A stretch of 64,000 bases of DNA from Alphaproteobacteria bacterium (lineage in GTDB: Bacteria; Pseudomonadota; Alphaproteobacteria; JANQMY01). A program made the translations under genes and the position numbers. This document shows positions 1 through 10,500 of this stretch, piece by piece. The number at the start of each line of letters is the position of its first letter. Position 1 is the stretch's first letter. Below the pieces are notes generated by a model. That model did no database searches and had not been told where the DNA came from. It saw nothing but the letters and a program-made list of their open reading frames with translations. The DNA lies in NCBI GenBank assembly GCA_965228775.1, contig OZ245840.1, positions 773,326-837,325 on the forward strand, written 5' to 3'.

Positions 1-73
1 CCATCCGCATTATCTGCTACGTTCCTTGAAAGAACTGCATATCGAATTCAAAAGGAAATAGGGAGACATCGGT

Positions 74-577
74 TTGGCAAAGGCAGACAAATACGTCGTC
101 CGGACATCCGAAAAGACGGCAAACGACAGTTTTCCTTTCCAGCACCCCTTCAATCCCGATTCTCAACTGGGACTTCTGCCTCTGTCCGATTTCGTCGGCA
201 TGGAAAGACTTGGCGTCAGCGTAGGGCGCATCCCTCCGGGTAAGGAGGGTTTTCTTCCCCATGCCCATATGGCACAGGAAGAATTCATCTATATCCTCGA
301 AGGCACCGGCACCTTGTCTCTGGACGACGAGGTAACAACGCTTAATCCGGGCGACTTTGTGGGATTTCCAACCGACGGGCTGGTGCATCACCTTGCGAAC
401 AATGGCACCAACGACCTTGTCTACTTAATGGGCGGCGAGCGGACCACAACGGAGGTGTCCGATTTTCCTACCCTGGACATGAAAGGCTTCTGGGCCAATG
501 GCGAGATGCGCTATGTCAAAAACGAACATGCCGCCCCGCTGAAACCCGAGGACTTCGTCGCGAAGGACGACGGTTAG
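74..577 (+). CDS. cupin domain protein
   Basis: 167-aa ORF with the two cupin-type His/Glu-containing motifs (GFLPHAHMAQEEFIYILEG ... GDFVGFP). Small beta-barrel size class. Confidence 0.55.
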   Translation: MAKADKYVVRTSEKTANDSFPFQHPFNPDSQLGLLPLSDFVGMERLGVSVGRIPPGKEGFLPHAHMAQEEFIYILEGTGTLSLDDEVTTLNPGDFVGFPTDGLVHHLANNGTNDLVYLMGGERTTTEVSDFPTLDMKGFWANGEMRYVKNEHAAPLKPEDFVAKDDG

Positions 578-1100
578 GCCACTTCCGTGAACAAGCCACC
601 AAGCCTTCGTTGAAACTACGTCCGAAAATCAGCTGCGTTAACCCTGTCACGCCCATGTATTTCGCATGGGCGCATGGGGTTGATCCAATTTTTCGAGAAA
701 TACCCCCTTTCCACCGTCTTCGCCGCGCGCGCAAAAGCGGACTCACGAACGCTTGTTGTAGGGAGGTGGTCGCAGTTCACTAAAGGCTGTCATCCCAAGG
801 AGCGCCGCAATGGCGCGAGCTTGGGATCCATACTCCGCAGCGAGGGCCGCTTGGATCGCTCTGGCTTTTGAAGCGCAAACGGACCAGCACAACAGCAGTG
901 ACGGTGGTTATGGACCCCAGACAAACGCGCTCAACTTCTTTGGCGCGTTTTCTGGGGTGACAAGATTAATAAGTCTCCAGCGCCATGGATTTTCTCCCGC
1001 TGACGCGTGAGCTTCACTTATCAAAGAGCGGCCTCCGAAAAGAAGCTTACGCCCACTTGCCTGTAACAACAAGCGGCGCCTGCCTAGCCCGACTTTCGGA

Positions 1101-1123
1101 AAAAAGGGGTCAGAGCCCTTTTT
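1101..1123 (-). terminator. putative intrinsic terminator downstream of metG
   Basis: AAAAGGGG-tcagag-CCCTTTT stem-loop immediately 3' of the metG stop (minus strand), flanked by T/A runs on both strands. Confidence 0.4.
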
Positions 1124-1133
1124 GCTCTTTTTA

Positions 1134-2873
1134 CTAAGTTGCAGCGCCTTCCGTTTCCTCCGGCGCACCGCCGAAGCGTTCGACCCAGGCAGCCAAGTCG
1201 TCGTCCTCAATCTTGCGGAAGAGAACATCAGGCACCTCAAACGAGGTGCCGGGCTTGAGCGCAGTCAGTTCCGCCGCCACATCGCCCGACGGCCAGGCGA
1301 GCGGCTCGCCGTCGATCCCTAACGCTTCCCGCAGTTTGAGAGACGTGTTTGGAATAACCGGCGCGGACAGCAAGGCGAACAGACGGATCAAATTGATGCC
1401 CGTGCGCACGCCCACGGCGGCGGCATCCTTATCTTCCTTGAACACGGCCCAGGGCGCCGCCTTAGTGAGGTATTCATTTCCAGCCGCCCAAATGGCCCGC
1501 AGCTCGCTGAACGCTTTGCGGAACTGCATTTCCTCCAGAAGATCCGTATACGCCTTAACTCTTGTGGAGAGTTCGCGTTCAAGTTCCGCCTCATTATCGC
1601 CTGGCGCACCGCCATCCGGCACTTGTCCGTCAAAACGCGACCGCGTGAACTTCAAAATACGGTTCACGAAATTACCCAACACGTCGGCCAGGTCTTTGTT
1701 TACGACGCTTGCGAAATGATCCCAGGTGAAAGACACATCGGACCCTTCCGGCGCATTGGCCATCAGGTAATAGCGCCAATAATCCGCCGGCAGAATATCC
1801 AACGCATCCTGCATGGAAACGCCACGTTTCTGGCTCGTCGAAAATTGACCGCCATAATAATTGAGATAATTGAACCCTTTGATCACATCCACGCGCTTCC
1901 AGGGTTCGCGGCTGCCGATCAATGTGGCCGGAAAGCCCACTGTGTGGAAAGGCACATTGTCTTTCCCCATGAACTGGACATAACGCACATCATCCGCCGC
2001 CTCGCCATACCACCAGGATTTCCAATCGCGGTTTTCCCCTTCCGGTGCCGCTTCGGCCCATTCCTCAGCACAGGCGATATATTCGATGGGCGCATCGAAC
2101 CACACATAGTAAACCTTGTCTTCAAAGCCCGGCCACTTGCCGTCATGGGACACCGGAATACCCCATTTCAAATCCCGCGTGATGCCGCGGTCCTGAAGGC
2201 CTTCGTCCAGCCATTTGTACGCAATGGACGACACCAGATGCGGCCAGTCTTTCTTGCTGTCGATCCAAGCCCGCAACTCGTCCACCAGGGCCGATTGCTT
2301 CAAATACAAATGCTTGCTTTCCCGCACCTCCAGATTGGAGGAGCCGGACACCGTGGACCGCGCATTCAACAAATCGGTCGGATCCAACACACGGGTACAG
2401 TTTTCACACTGATCGCCCCGGGCAAATTCATAGCCGCAATGGGGGCACGTGCCCGTGATATACCGGTCCGGCAGAAAGCGTCCGTCATCGATGGAATATA
2501 CCTGGCTGATCACGCGCTCTTCGACGAAACCGTTCTCCGCCAGCGTATCGGCGAAATGCTGCGTAAGCCTGTGGTTCTGCGGATTCGAGGAACGCCCCCA
2601 ATGATCCCAGCTCAAGCCGAACCGGGCGCCAATCTCCTTCTGCACCTCGTGGCGTTCGGCACAATATTGTTCCACGGAAAGGCCTGCTTCCAACGCCCCC
2701 AGCTCCGCCGGCGTGCCATGTTCGTCCGTCGCACACAGGCACAGCACCTCATGGCCCCGCTGCCGCTGAAAGCGGGCATACACATCCGCCGGCAGCATGG
2801 ACCCCACCAGATTGCCGAGATGTTTGTCGCCGCTAATGTACGGCAAGGCGCTTGTGATCAATATGCGTGTCAT
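1134..2873 (-). CDS. metG: methionine--tRNA ligase
   Basis: 579 aa. N-terminal class-I aaRS HIGH-type motif ([13 protein letters not shown]). Zn-knuckle CPHCG...CENC. MetRS-like anticodon-binding region. Confidence 0.88.
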   Translation of the reverse strand: MTRILITSALPYISGDKHLGNLVGSMLPADVYARFQRQRGHEVLCLCATDEHGTPAELGALEAGLSVEQYCAERHEVQKEIGARFGLSWDHWGRSSNPQNHRLTQHFADTLAENGFVEERVISQVYSIDDGRFLPDRYITGTCPHCGYEFARGDQCENCTRVLDPTDLLNARSTVSGSSNLEVRESKHLYLKQSALVDELRAWIDSKKDWPHLVSSIAYKWLDEGLQDRGITRDLKWGIPVSHDGKWPGFEDKVYYVWFDAPIEYIACAEEWAEAAPEGENRDWKSWWYGEAADDVRYVQFMGKDNVPFHTVGFPATLIGSREPWKRVDVIKGFNYLNYYGGQFSTSQKRGVSMQDALDILPADYWRYYLMANAPEGSDVSFTWDHFASVVNKDLADVLGNFVNRILKFTRSRFDGQVPDGGAPGDNEAELERELSTRVKAYTDLLEEMQFRKAFSELRAIWAAGNEYLTKAAPWAVFKEDKDAAAVGVRTGINLIRLFALLSAPVIPNTSLKLREALGIDGEPLAWPSGDVAAELTALKPGTSFEVPDVLFRKIEDDDLAAWVERFGGAPEETEGAAT

Positions 2874-3036
2874 AATTCGTCTCTACACCCCATGAGGGGC
2901 GGTTGGGGAAAGCCGGGTCAAAAGCGTTGCCAGGGCGGTCAAATCGCCTCATCCTACTCTCTTTTGATGGCGCTGGACCTTATCCCCTCACCATCAAATA
3001 GCAAGTTATATGAGACCTTAAAAAAGAGGCATCAAG

Positions 3037-3444
3037 ATGGATTTTTCGGGCATTAGCATTTGGGCGGTTTTGGCGGCATCGGTGCTGGGCATGGCCATCG
3101 GAGCGGTTTGGTATTCTCCCATCCTGTTTGCCAATCCTTGGATGGAGGCGTTGGGGAAAAAGCCTGAAGAGATGGGCGACCCCATGAAAGCCATGGCGGC
3201 CATGCCCTTTAACGTGATTGCCACCGCCTTCGTCATCGCCTTCTTGATGAGCGCGCTCAGCCTATCAGGCGCTTTGTCCGGTATTATATTAGGGACACTG
3301 GTGTGGGCGGGGTTTGCGCTGACGAGCCACGTTAACCTGTTTTTGTTCGAGGGCAGAAAAACATCTCTGTTTTTGATTAATATTGGTCATTTGTGGGTCA
3401 CCTACGTGCTGATGGGCATCGCCATCGGGTTGATTCAAGGTTGA
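3037..3444 (+). CDS. small polytopic membrane protein (DUF1761-like)
   Basis: 135 aa with 3-4 predicted TM helices. The N-terminal WAVLAASVLGMAIGAVWYSPILF stretch resembles the DUF1761 family. Confidence 0.4.
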   Translation: MDFSGISIWAVLAASVLGMAIGAVWYSPILFANPWMEALGKKPEEMGDPMKAMAAMPFNVIATAFVIAFLMSALSLSGALSGIILGTLVWAGFALTSHVNLFLFEGRKTSLFLINIGHLWVTYVLMGIAIGLIQG

Positions 3445-3454
3445 TATGGCATCA

Positions 3455-3526
3455 CCTGCCCACTCCCCCTCCCAAACCACCCACAGGGTACCCTTAACGG
3501 GTGGTTTGGGAGGGGGAGCGGGCAGG
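3455..3526. repeat. 72-nt near-perfect inverted repeat (28-bp stem, 1 mismatch, ~16-nt loop)
   Basis: CCTGCCCACTCCCCCTCCCAAACCACCC ... GGGTGGTTTGGGAGGGGGAGCGGGCAGG, lying between the DUF1761-like and DUF502-like genes. Confidence 0.7.
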
Positions 3527-3617
3527 CCGAGCCGATAATTTTATGCCTAGACAGAAGCCGGGCCAGCAGGCAGGTTTGCCGCTGTTTCCATTTGTACGCG
3601 TCACATTACGAGACTGA

Positions 3618-4340
3618 ATGAACCAACAAGCCCCCAAACAGCGGCGGACGTTTTCCGCCCACCTCCAGCGCAACCTATTCGTCGGTGTACTGACGCTTAT
3701 CCCCATCGCCGTCACCTGGTTCGTCATCAACATCCTGTTGGGATTGATGTCGCAACTGGGCACACCGTTCGTGCGCATTTCGGTAAGCTTCATCGAACCC
3801 TACCTGCCCAGCGCCATTGACTGGTTGGAGAACCCCACTTTTCAGTCCGCCGTGGCGATCTTAATGGTGATCCTTCTGATTTACTTTATCGGCTGGGCGG
3901 CCACCTTGGTCGTCGGCGCCAGGGTCATTCGCGCCTTCGAACGGATCTTGGAGCGCATTCCCTTCGTTCAAACCATTTATGGCGCCACAAAGCGGCTGAT
4001 GGGCGCCCTTCAGCAGAAACCGGACGGTGTGCAACGCATTGTTCTCATTCAGTTTCCAAGCGATCAAATGCGCACGGTAGGTCTCGTGACCCGCACCTTC
4101 CGGGATGAAGCCACAGGCGAGGAACTGGCGGCTGTGTATGTGCCCACCACCCCCAATCCCACATCCGGCTATTTGGAAATCGTCCCTGTGTCGAAAATCG
4201 TCTCCACCGAATGGACCATGGACGAAGCCATGGGCTTTATTATGTCGGGAGGCGCCGTCGCACCGTCCGACGAAATCACCTATTCCAAGAGCCGGGGTGG
4301 ACAGATCACCGACATAAAGCCGCCAGAGCAAGATGACTGA
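3618..4340 (+). CDS. DUF502-like membrane protein
   Basis: 240 aa. N-terminal TM segment LTLIPIAVTWFVINILLG followed by a soluble domain. Architecture typical of the DUF502/COG2928 family. Confidence 0.5.
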   Translation: MNQQAPKQRRTFSAHLQRNLFVGVLTLIPIAVTWFVINILLGLMSQLGTPFVRISVSFIEPYLPSAIDWLENPTFQSAVAILMVILLIYFIGWAATLVVGARVIRAFERILERIPFVQTIYGATKRLMGALQQKPDGVQRIVLIQFPSDQMRTVGLVTRTFRDEATGEELAAVYVPTTPNPTSGYLEIVPVSKIVSTEWTMDEAMGFIMSGGAVAPSDEITYSKSRGGQITDIKPPEQDD

Positions 4341-5112
4341 ACCATCTGCACCATCGCTGTCCGCGTTGGTGGTCATTCACAATGAAGAAGAGAGCCTGCC
4401 CGCCTGCTTGGACAGTTTACAGTTTGCCGATGAGATCATGGTCGTGCTTGACCGCTGCACGGACGGCTCAAAGGCCATCTGCGACCGATACAATGCCAAA
4501 ACCCTTGAAGGGGCATGGGAAATCGAACATGACCGGCGCAATGCGGGTATCGATGCCTGCACTGGCACATGGATACTGGAAATCGACGCGGATGAGCGGG
4601 TGACAACAGGCCTTGCTCAAGAAATCCGTGAGCGGATTAAATCCGCCGATCCCGGCTGTTATCTGATCTGGTTCAACAATTTTGTCGGCAAAAGGCACAT
4701 CGCTCATGGCTGGGGCGCCTATAATGGTGTGTCCGCGAAATACGCTCTCTTTTCAAAAGGCAACAAGGTGTGGGGCAAAGCGCGCGTGCACCCGCCGATC
4801 ACGCTTACCGGCGCCAAGGGTGAACTGTCCGGACGCATCGACCATTATGTAGACAACGATCTCACCGACATGTTTGCGCGCCTCAACGGATATTCCCTGC
4901 GGGCGGCCCAAGACATGGTGGAGCACGGTACCATCCCAACCAGATGGAAAATCTTCCGCCGCTTCTTTTCCCGCGGATATAAGTCGTATATCGCGCGAAA
5001 GGGGTATAAAGAGGGCGGTATGGGTATTGCCCTTGCCCTATTTTCGGCGCTCTACCCTGTTTTGAGTTATCTCAAGGCAAAGGAGTTTGAGGCAAAAGGC
5101 GATTTGAGCTAA
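4333..5112 (+). CDS. family 2 glycosyltransferase
   Basis: 259 aa. N-terminal LSALVVIHNEEESLPACLDSL ... VVLDRCTDGS is the GT-A/GT2 signature (DxD-type). Overlaps the upstream gene by 8 nt, so probably translationally coupled. Confidence 0.7.
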   Translation: MTEPSAPSLSALVVIHNEEESLPACLDSLQFADEIMVVLDRCTDGSKAICDRYNAKTLEGAWEIEHDRRNAGIDACTGTWILEIDADERVTTGLAQEIRERIKSADPGCYLIWFNNFVGKRHIAHGWGAYNGVSAKYALFSKGNKVWGKARVHPPITLTGAKGELSGRIDHYVDNDLTDMFARLNGYSLRAAQDMVEHGTIPTRWKIFRRFFSRGYKSYIARKGYKEGGMGIALALFSALYPVLSYLKAKEFEAKGDLS

Positions 5113-5131
5113 CAGCCCCCCAGATCTTCCC

Positions 5132-6169
5132 ATGGCGCATATCGTATTTGCAGATGACGGCATTGTCTTCGACGGCACGACGCCCGAGAAAGGCCCTCTT
5201 GGCGGGGCGGAATCGGCGCTGATCTGTCTGGCCGAAACCTTAGCCGCGCGTGGTCACCGGGTCTCGGTCCGCAACAATTGCCAGGGTGCCATTGAGCACA
5301 AGGGTGTTCATTGGGCGCCGATCGATCAACCGGTTTACGACCCTATAGACCTCTATATCGCGAACCGCAACGCCATGTTGCTGGACCGTTTCGCGGAGGC
5401 CAAGCGCACCGTATTTTGGATTCACAACCCGGCTCAGTTCTTAGTGAAGCCACGCTATTTGTGGCCCTTGTGGCGCCACCGCCCGGCCATCATTTTTTCA
5501 GGTGCCTATCACAAATCCACCTATCCCGGATGGGCACCCAGCGGCGACCGTTTGATCATTCCCTATGGCATCGATCCGATTTTTCTGGATGGAGCCACAC
5601 GCAACGCGCCCCCGCCCTGCGCCATCTTCACATCCAATCCGCTGCGTTCGCTGAATTGGCTGCTCGATCTTTGGGAAAACCAAATCCACCCCCAAGTACC
5701 GGATGCCGATTTGATGATCTTTTCCGGCCAGCGCACGTACGGCACCGCCGGAGACGCCAAAGCCGCGCGCATGGCGGATGTGCTGGTGCGGGCGAATGCC
5801 CTTAAAGAATATGGCGTGAAACTGCGCGAGCCGGTTTCCAAAACCGAGCTGCGTGAAGCGCTCACCGCCTCACGTGTGATGCTCTACAAAGGCGACCCGG
5901 GAGAGACGTTCTGCCTGGCATTGGCGGAAGCTCAAGCTATGGGCGTGCCCGCGGTGGTGCAGCCTATCGGATCCGTGGGCGAACGCGTCGCCCATAACCA
6001 AACCGGTGTTGTCGCCACATCCGATGAGGATTTTGCGGCGGCCGCCATTCAACTGCTGCGCGACGATAGCCACTGGCAGCAATTTCATGACGCTGCATTA
6101 ACGACACAGAAACAGTGGACCTGGCAAAAAGCAGCTTCCGGATTCGAAAATTTGATTGGCACTTTCTGA
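5132..6169 (+). CDS. family 1 (GT4-type) glycosyltransferase
   Basis: 345 aa. GGAESALICLAETLAARGH (GT-B N-domain) and C-terminal EXFCLALAEAQAMGVPAV match the glycosyl transferase group 1 E-x7-E region. Confidence 0.7.
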   Translation: MAHIVFADDGIVFDGTTPEKGPLGGAESALICLAETLAARGHRVSVRNNCQGAIEHKGVHWAPIDQPVYDPIDLYIANRNAMLLDRFAEAKRTVFWIHNPAQFLVKPRYLWPLWRHRPAIIFSGAYHKSTYPGWAPSGDRLIIPYGIDPIFLDGATRNAPPPCAIFTSNPLRSLNWLLDLWENQIHPQVPDADLMIFSGQRTYGTAGDAKAARMADVLVRANALKEYGVKLREPVSKTELREALTASRVMLYKGDPGETFCLALAEAQAMGVPAVVQPIGSVGERVAHNQTGVVATSDEDFAAAAIQLLRDDSHWQQFHDAALTTQKQWTWQKAASGFENLIGTF

Positions 6170-6456
6170 TCCGCGTGGAACACTAAGGTGCATCAAGCTG
6201 GGGATTCGGGGCAAATACGCCTGCGTTGGGACGCGTCCGTATATTGGGCGCGGAAAAACGCCCATGGAGCGCGCAACTACAAAAGACGTTCGCCGTGTGG
6301 GCTAACAGGCAGGTTCGGGAGACAGAGTGAGGCTCGGCCACAGTGTTGTCAGTGTTGTCCATGCCTAAACATCGCCGGTTGCGACTTTCCTGGTTCTTGA
6401 GACGATGTCTCTCAAGCGGTGAAGGTGTGCGTCGATGTCATCTAAAGCAAGTTACC

Positions 6457-6852
6457 GTGCCCTTGGCGGCGCTCTTTTGCGCCGGTTGCATCTACACGGT
6501 GGAAGAAGTGTTCTACGCCCAAAACCACGCGACGGAAGCGTTGATGTGGGCCCTGAGCAATCCTGACCTTGCCGAAAAAGACCTTGAGAAGCTGGTAAAA
6601 GCGGAAGAAAAACTGATAGCCGCTTGCCACCCGGTAAACCGTCTGGCGACCACCACGCTGGACGGCAAAAGCGTGACCGTGACGGAAGGCGTGGAGGCCA
6701 ATTCCGCCAAAACCTCTTGCGCAAGACAGGTCAAAAAGGTGGAAAAAATGCTTTGGGAAATCGATCCGGAAGTGGCCGCCGCCTATTGGGAGTGTAAGGG
6801 ATGCGCCCTGAAAACAAAGGTAGCGGACAGCGAGAGTGCGTCTGACGGATAA
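6457..6852 (+). CDS. hypothetical lipoprotein (start uncertain)
   Basis: The ORF-track frame runs 6343-6852. It contains a lipobox-like LFCAGC shortly after a possible GTG start, and the remainder is a charged soluble domain. No family recognised. Confidence 0.3.
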   Translation: MPLAALFCAGCIYTVEEVFYAQNHATEALMWALSNPDLAEKDLEKLVKAEEKLIAACHPVNRLATTTLDGKSVTVTEGVEANSAKTSCARQVKKVEKMLWEIDPEVAAAYWECKGCALKTKVADSESASDG

Positions 6853-6933
6853 TGTCCGGCCGCCCGGACATGAAAATTCAGTTGCGTTGGCGGACAAACT
6901 GCCGTATCCGAGGCTCCTTCTCTCGCCCTATGG

Positions 6934-7009
6934 GCCGGCTTAGCTCAGCTGGTAGAGCACCTGATTTGTAATCAGGGGGTCGGGTGTTCAAGTCACCCAG
7001 CCGGCACCA
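6934..7009 (+). tRNA. tRNA-Thr (anticodon UGU)
   Basis: Cloverleaf read manually. Acceptor GCCGGCT/AGCCGGC, D-arm GCTCAGCTGGTAGAGC, anticodon stem CCTGA/TCAGG with loop TTTGTAA (anticodon TGT), T-arm GGGTG-TTCAAGT-CACCC, and 3' CCA encoded. Confidence 0.85.
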
Positions 7010-7053
7010 TAACACCCCCCCCCCGAAAATCCAAGAAAAACAGTAGTCTAGCT

Positions 7054-7266
7054 TTGAGTCGTAACGCGATTGTTTATGCGTCGAGTACGCAGGAATACGC
7101 ACCAAAACGTGAACATGCCGTTGCTGAGCCGTTGCTAGAAATGAAAAAGAAACTTTCTGTTCCTCTGATCACCAAAACGCCCCCCGGACCGAAGGACAAG
7201 TTGTTCTGGGATACAGATGCCCATGGTTTGGGTCTCAAGATCACACCGGCGGGACGATCCGCCTAA
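7054..7266 (+). pseudogene. tyrosine integrase N-terminal fragment (P4-type arm-binding/DUF4102-like)
   Basis: 70-aa ORF ending GPKDKLFWDTDAHGLGLKITPAGRS, matching the conserved N-terminus of P4-family integrases (..KD..l.D..g.GL.lrvtPsG.k.w). No catalytic R-H-R-Y domain follows. The next ORF (7217-7462) is in another frame and unrelated. Confidence 0.5.
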
Positions 7267-7565
7267 GGAACTTCTCGATCTCCTCAACATCAGAGCAAGC
7301 GAAGAGACAAAACGCAGCCGGGCGTGGCCTAAGACACCGCAAGCTATGGGGATGGCTCTTGTCAGAATCTGTCCGATGCTTCGCCGCTTGGGCTACACTA
7401 TTGAGAAGCCCAAGAAATCGGGAAATCGGACTTGGATTATCCGTAGCATTAAACCGACCTAATGATTGTACGGGAGTTAATCCTGTCAGCCACGCGTCAG
7501 CGAGTCGAAACACACACAACAATCGACGACGACGCTATCGGCGAGGCGACACCAGTAGATCCTAA

Positions 7566-10500
7566 CTATGGACTTGGTACGATATCCAAGTAATCGACCC
7601 TTACCATCTCACCTCCCGCACGCGTTCCGACAATCTGAATTGAGTCGCCTGGGGCTAGAGACACATTGGTCGCGATGACCGCCGAGGTCTTATTCGCCGC
7701 CGATGCCGTCGAAGAGCCAAGGGATTGATCGAACACCTTGCTGCCAATCGCGCTGCCGTTAACATTCACCACCGCGGACGCTGTTCCGTCATTTTCATCA
7801 AAGTACCCAAGGGTGATGTCATACGTTCCAGCAGACCCTGCGAATGTCGATGTTGCCGTTCCAACCGTGGCACCGGTTCCTGTTTCAATCCCGAAGAATA
7901 TGAACGAGGGCAGCCTTACGATTTGATTGTTCGAGGCAACACCAGAGACCGTGTCTGTCTGGAACCCGGTCAGGCTCATATCCTCTGTTTCAATGCGGAC
8001 GGGTTGTGCCGCCGCTTGAACATCGACGCTCACCGTAACAGCAGAACTTGTTCCACCATTCCCATCGTTGGCTGTGTAATCGAAACTGGCAGCTCCAGTG
8101 TAACCGGTGTTCGGCGTGAACAAGACATCGCCGTTTACATCCAACGAGGCGGTACCATTCACCGCGTTGGCCACCGATGCGATCGTTAGAGTATCATTTT
8201 CCGGATCGGTATCATTCGCCAATAAAGTAGAGGCCAGGAATGTCGTCGCTGTGTCTTCTGTCGCAGTCACCGAATCCGCGACCGCCGTTGGCGCATCGTT
8301 CACCGCGGTTACACCAATCGATACCGTCGCCGAACTCGCACCCCCGTTTCCATCGGAGATGTCATAGGTAAAGCTGTCGGAGCCCGCATAATTCACATTC
8401 GGCGTGTACTGCACATCTCCATTTACGTCCAGCGAGGCGGTTCCATTCGTGGCGGCCCCCAGTGCCGTAATGGTCAATGTATCGTTTTCCACATCCGTGT
8501 CATTGGCCAACAAGGTCGATGCGAGAATTGTCGTCGGCGTATCTTCCGTCACCGTCAGCGAGTCGCCAGCCGCAACCGGCGCATCATTCACGCTGGTTAC
8601 GGTTACCGTCACCGTGGCCACATTCGTCCCACCGTTTCCGTCATCGGCTGTGTAGTCGAAACTGGCTGTACCGGCGAAATTCGTCGCCGGTGTGAACAGA
8701 ACATCACCATTCACATCCAGTGAAGCGGTACCATTTACGGCGTTCGCCACCGACGCAACGGTCAAAGTGTCATTTTCAGGATCCGTATCATTCGCCAACA
8801 AGGCTGACGCCAGAATGGTTGCCGGCGTGTCTTCGGTCACCGTTGCCGAATCCGCGACCGCCACTGGGGGATCGTTCACCGTTTGCACCTGGACACTCAC
8901 CGAAACAGAGCTTGTCCCGCCATTGCCGTCGTTTGCTGTGTAGTCGAAGCTTGCCGCCCCTACGTAGCCGGCATTCGGCGTAAATGCCACGTCACCATTC
9001 ACATCCAGCGAAACCACGCCATTCGTAGCGCTGCCTACGGCGGATATGGTCAGTGTGTCATTATCCGGGTCCGTGTCGTTGGCCAACAGCGCCGATGCCA
9101 AAATGGTTGCAAGCGTGTCTTCGGTCACCGCCACAGTATCGGCGACAGCTGTGGGAAAATCGTTCACAGCTGTCACACTAACCGTAACAGTCGCCGTACT
9201 GGTTCCACCATTACCGTCATCGGCCGTGTAGTCGAAACTCGCTGCTCCAGAGAAGTTTGCATTCGGCGTGAACAGCACATCGCCATTCACATCCAATGAT
9301 GCGGTGCCATTGGCCGCATTGGCGACCGACGCGATTGTCAGTGTGTCGTTATCCGGATCCGTATCGTTGGCAACAAGAGACGATGCCAGAATGGTTGTCG
9401 GTGTGTCCTCCGAAATCGTCGCAGTGTCCGCGACGGCCGTTGGCGGATTATTGTTGGCCGCTGCATTCACAATGATATCCAGATAGTCGATCCTGGCGAA
9501 CTCACGAACACTCGTATTACCGGAAATCTGGATCGTATCGCCGCTTGTAAGCGCTATTGCCGTTGCGACAACGGTTGAGGTTTTCGTTGCGGCCGTCGCG
9601 CGGGCGGACCCAAGCTGTTGATCGAAAGTCACCGATCCCACAGGTGAACCATTAACCGATACATCGACTGTCGACGTTCCGTCGTTCTCGTCGAAATACC
9701 CTAGAACAAGATCAAAGGTTCCGGCTTGACCGCTATACGTATAGGTCGCCGTGCCGGAAAATGGGGGCAGCGCGGATTCAAAGCCAATAAACTCCAGATA
9801 AGGCAAATGAATAATCTGGTCGTTTGACGCAACTCCAACGACGCTTTCCGTGTTGAAACCGGTCAACGTCATGGATTCCGCCTCAACACGAACCAATTGG
9901 GGCGCTGCCTGCACATCAACCGTCACCGTAGCGGAACTTGTGCCCCCATTGCCGTCATCGGCGGTGTAGTCAAAGCTTGCGGTACCAATAAAGGCCGCAT
10001 TCGGTGTAAACAACACATCACCACCGGCATCCAATGACGCTGTTCCATTAACCGCATTAGCAACCGAAGCAATTGTCAATGTATCGTTTTCCGGATCGGT
10101 GTCGTTCGCCAACAAGGCAGATGCCAGGATTGTCGTTGGCGTATCTTCCAAAATGGTTGCATTGTCCGAAACCGCCATCGGGGCGTCATTAACCGGCGAT
10201 ACATTGACGGTGACCGTCGCGGTGGCACTACCGCCATTACCATCGCCAGCTGTGTAATCAAAGCTCGCCACACCGGCATAATCGCTATTTGGGGTGAACA
10301 ATACGTCACCGTTCACATCAAGCGCAACCGAACCGTTGGTGCCATTCCCCACCGACGTAATTGTAAGTGGATCACTTTCGACGTCCGTATCATTCGCCAG
10401 CAGGGTCGATGCCAGAATTGTCTCAGGCGTGTCTTCCGTTGCGGTCACCGAATCCGCGACGGCAACAGGCGGATCGTTTACGGCTGTAACGTCAACAGCC

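Noticed and set aside
1623-3056. 477-aa ORF on the plus strand.
   Set aside because: It is entirely antisense to metG. An open frame in high-GC DNA without recognisable motifs, versus a textbook MetRS on the other strand.
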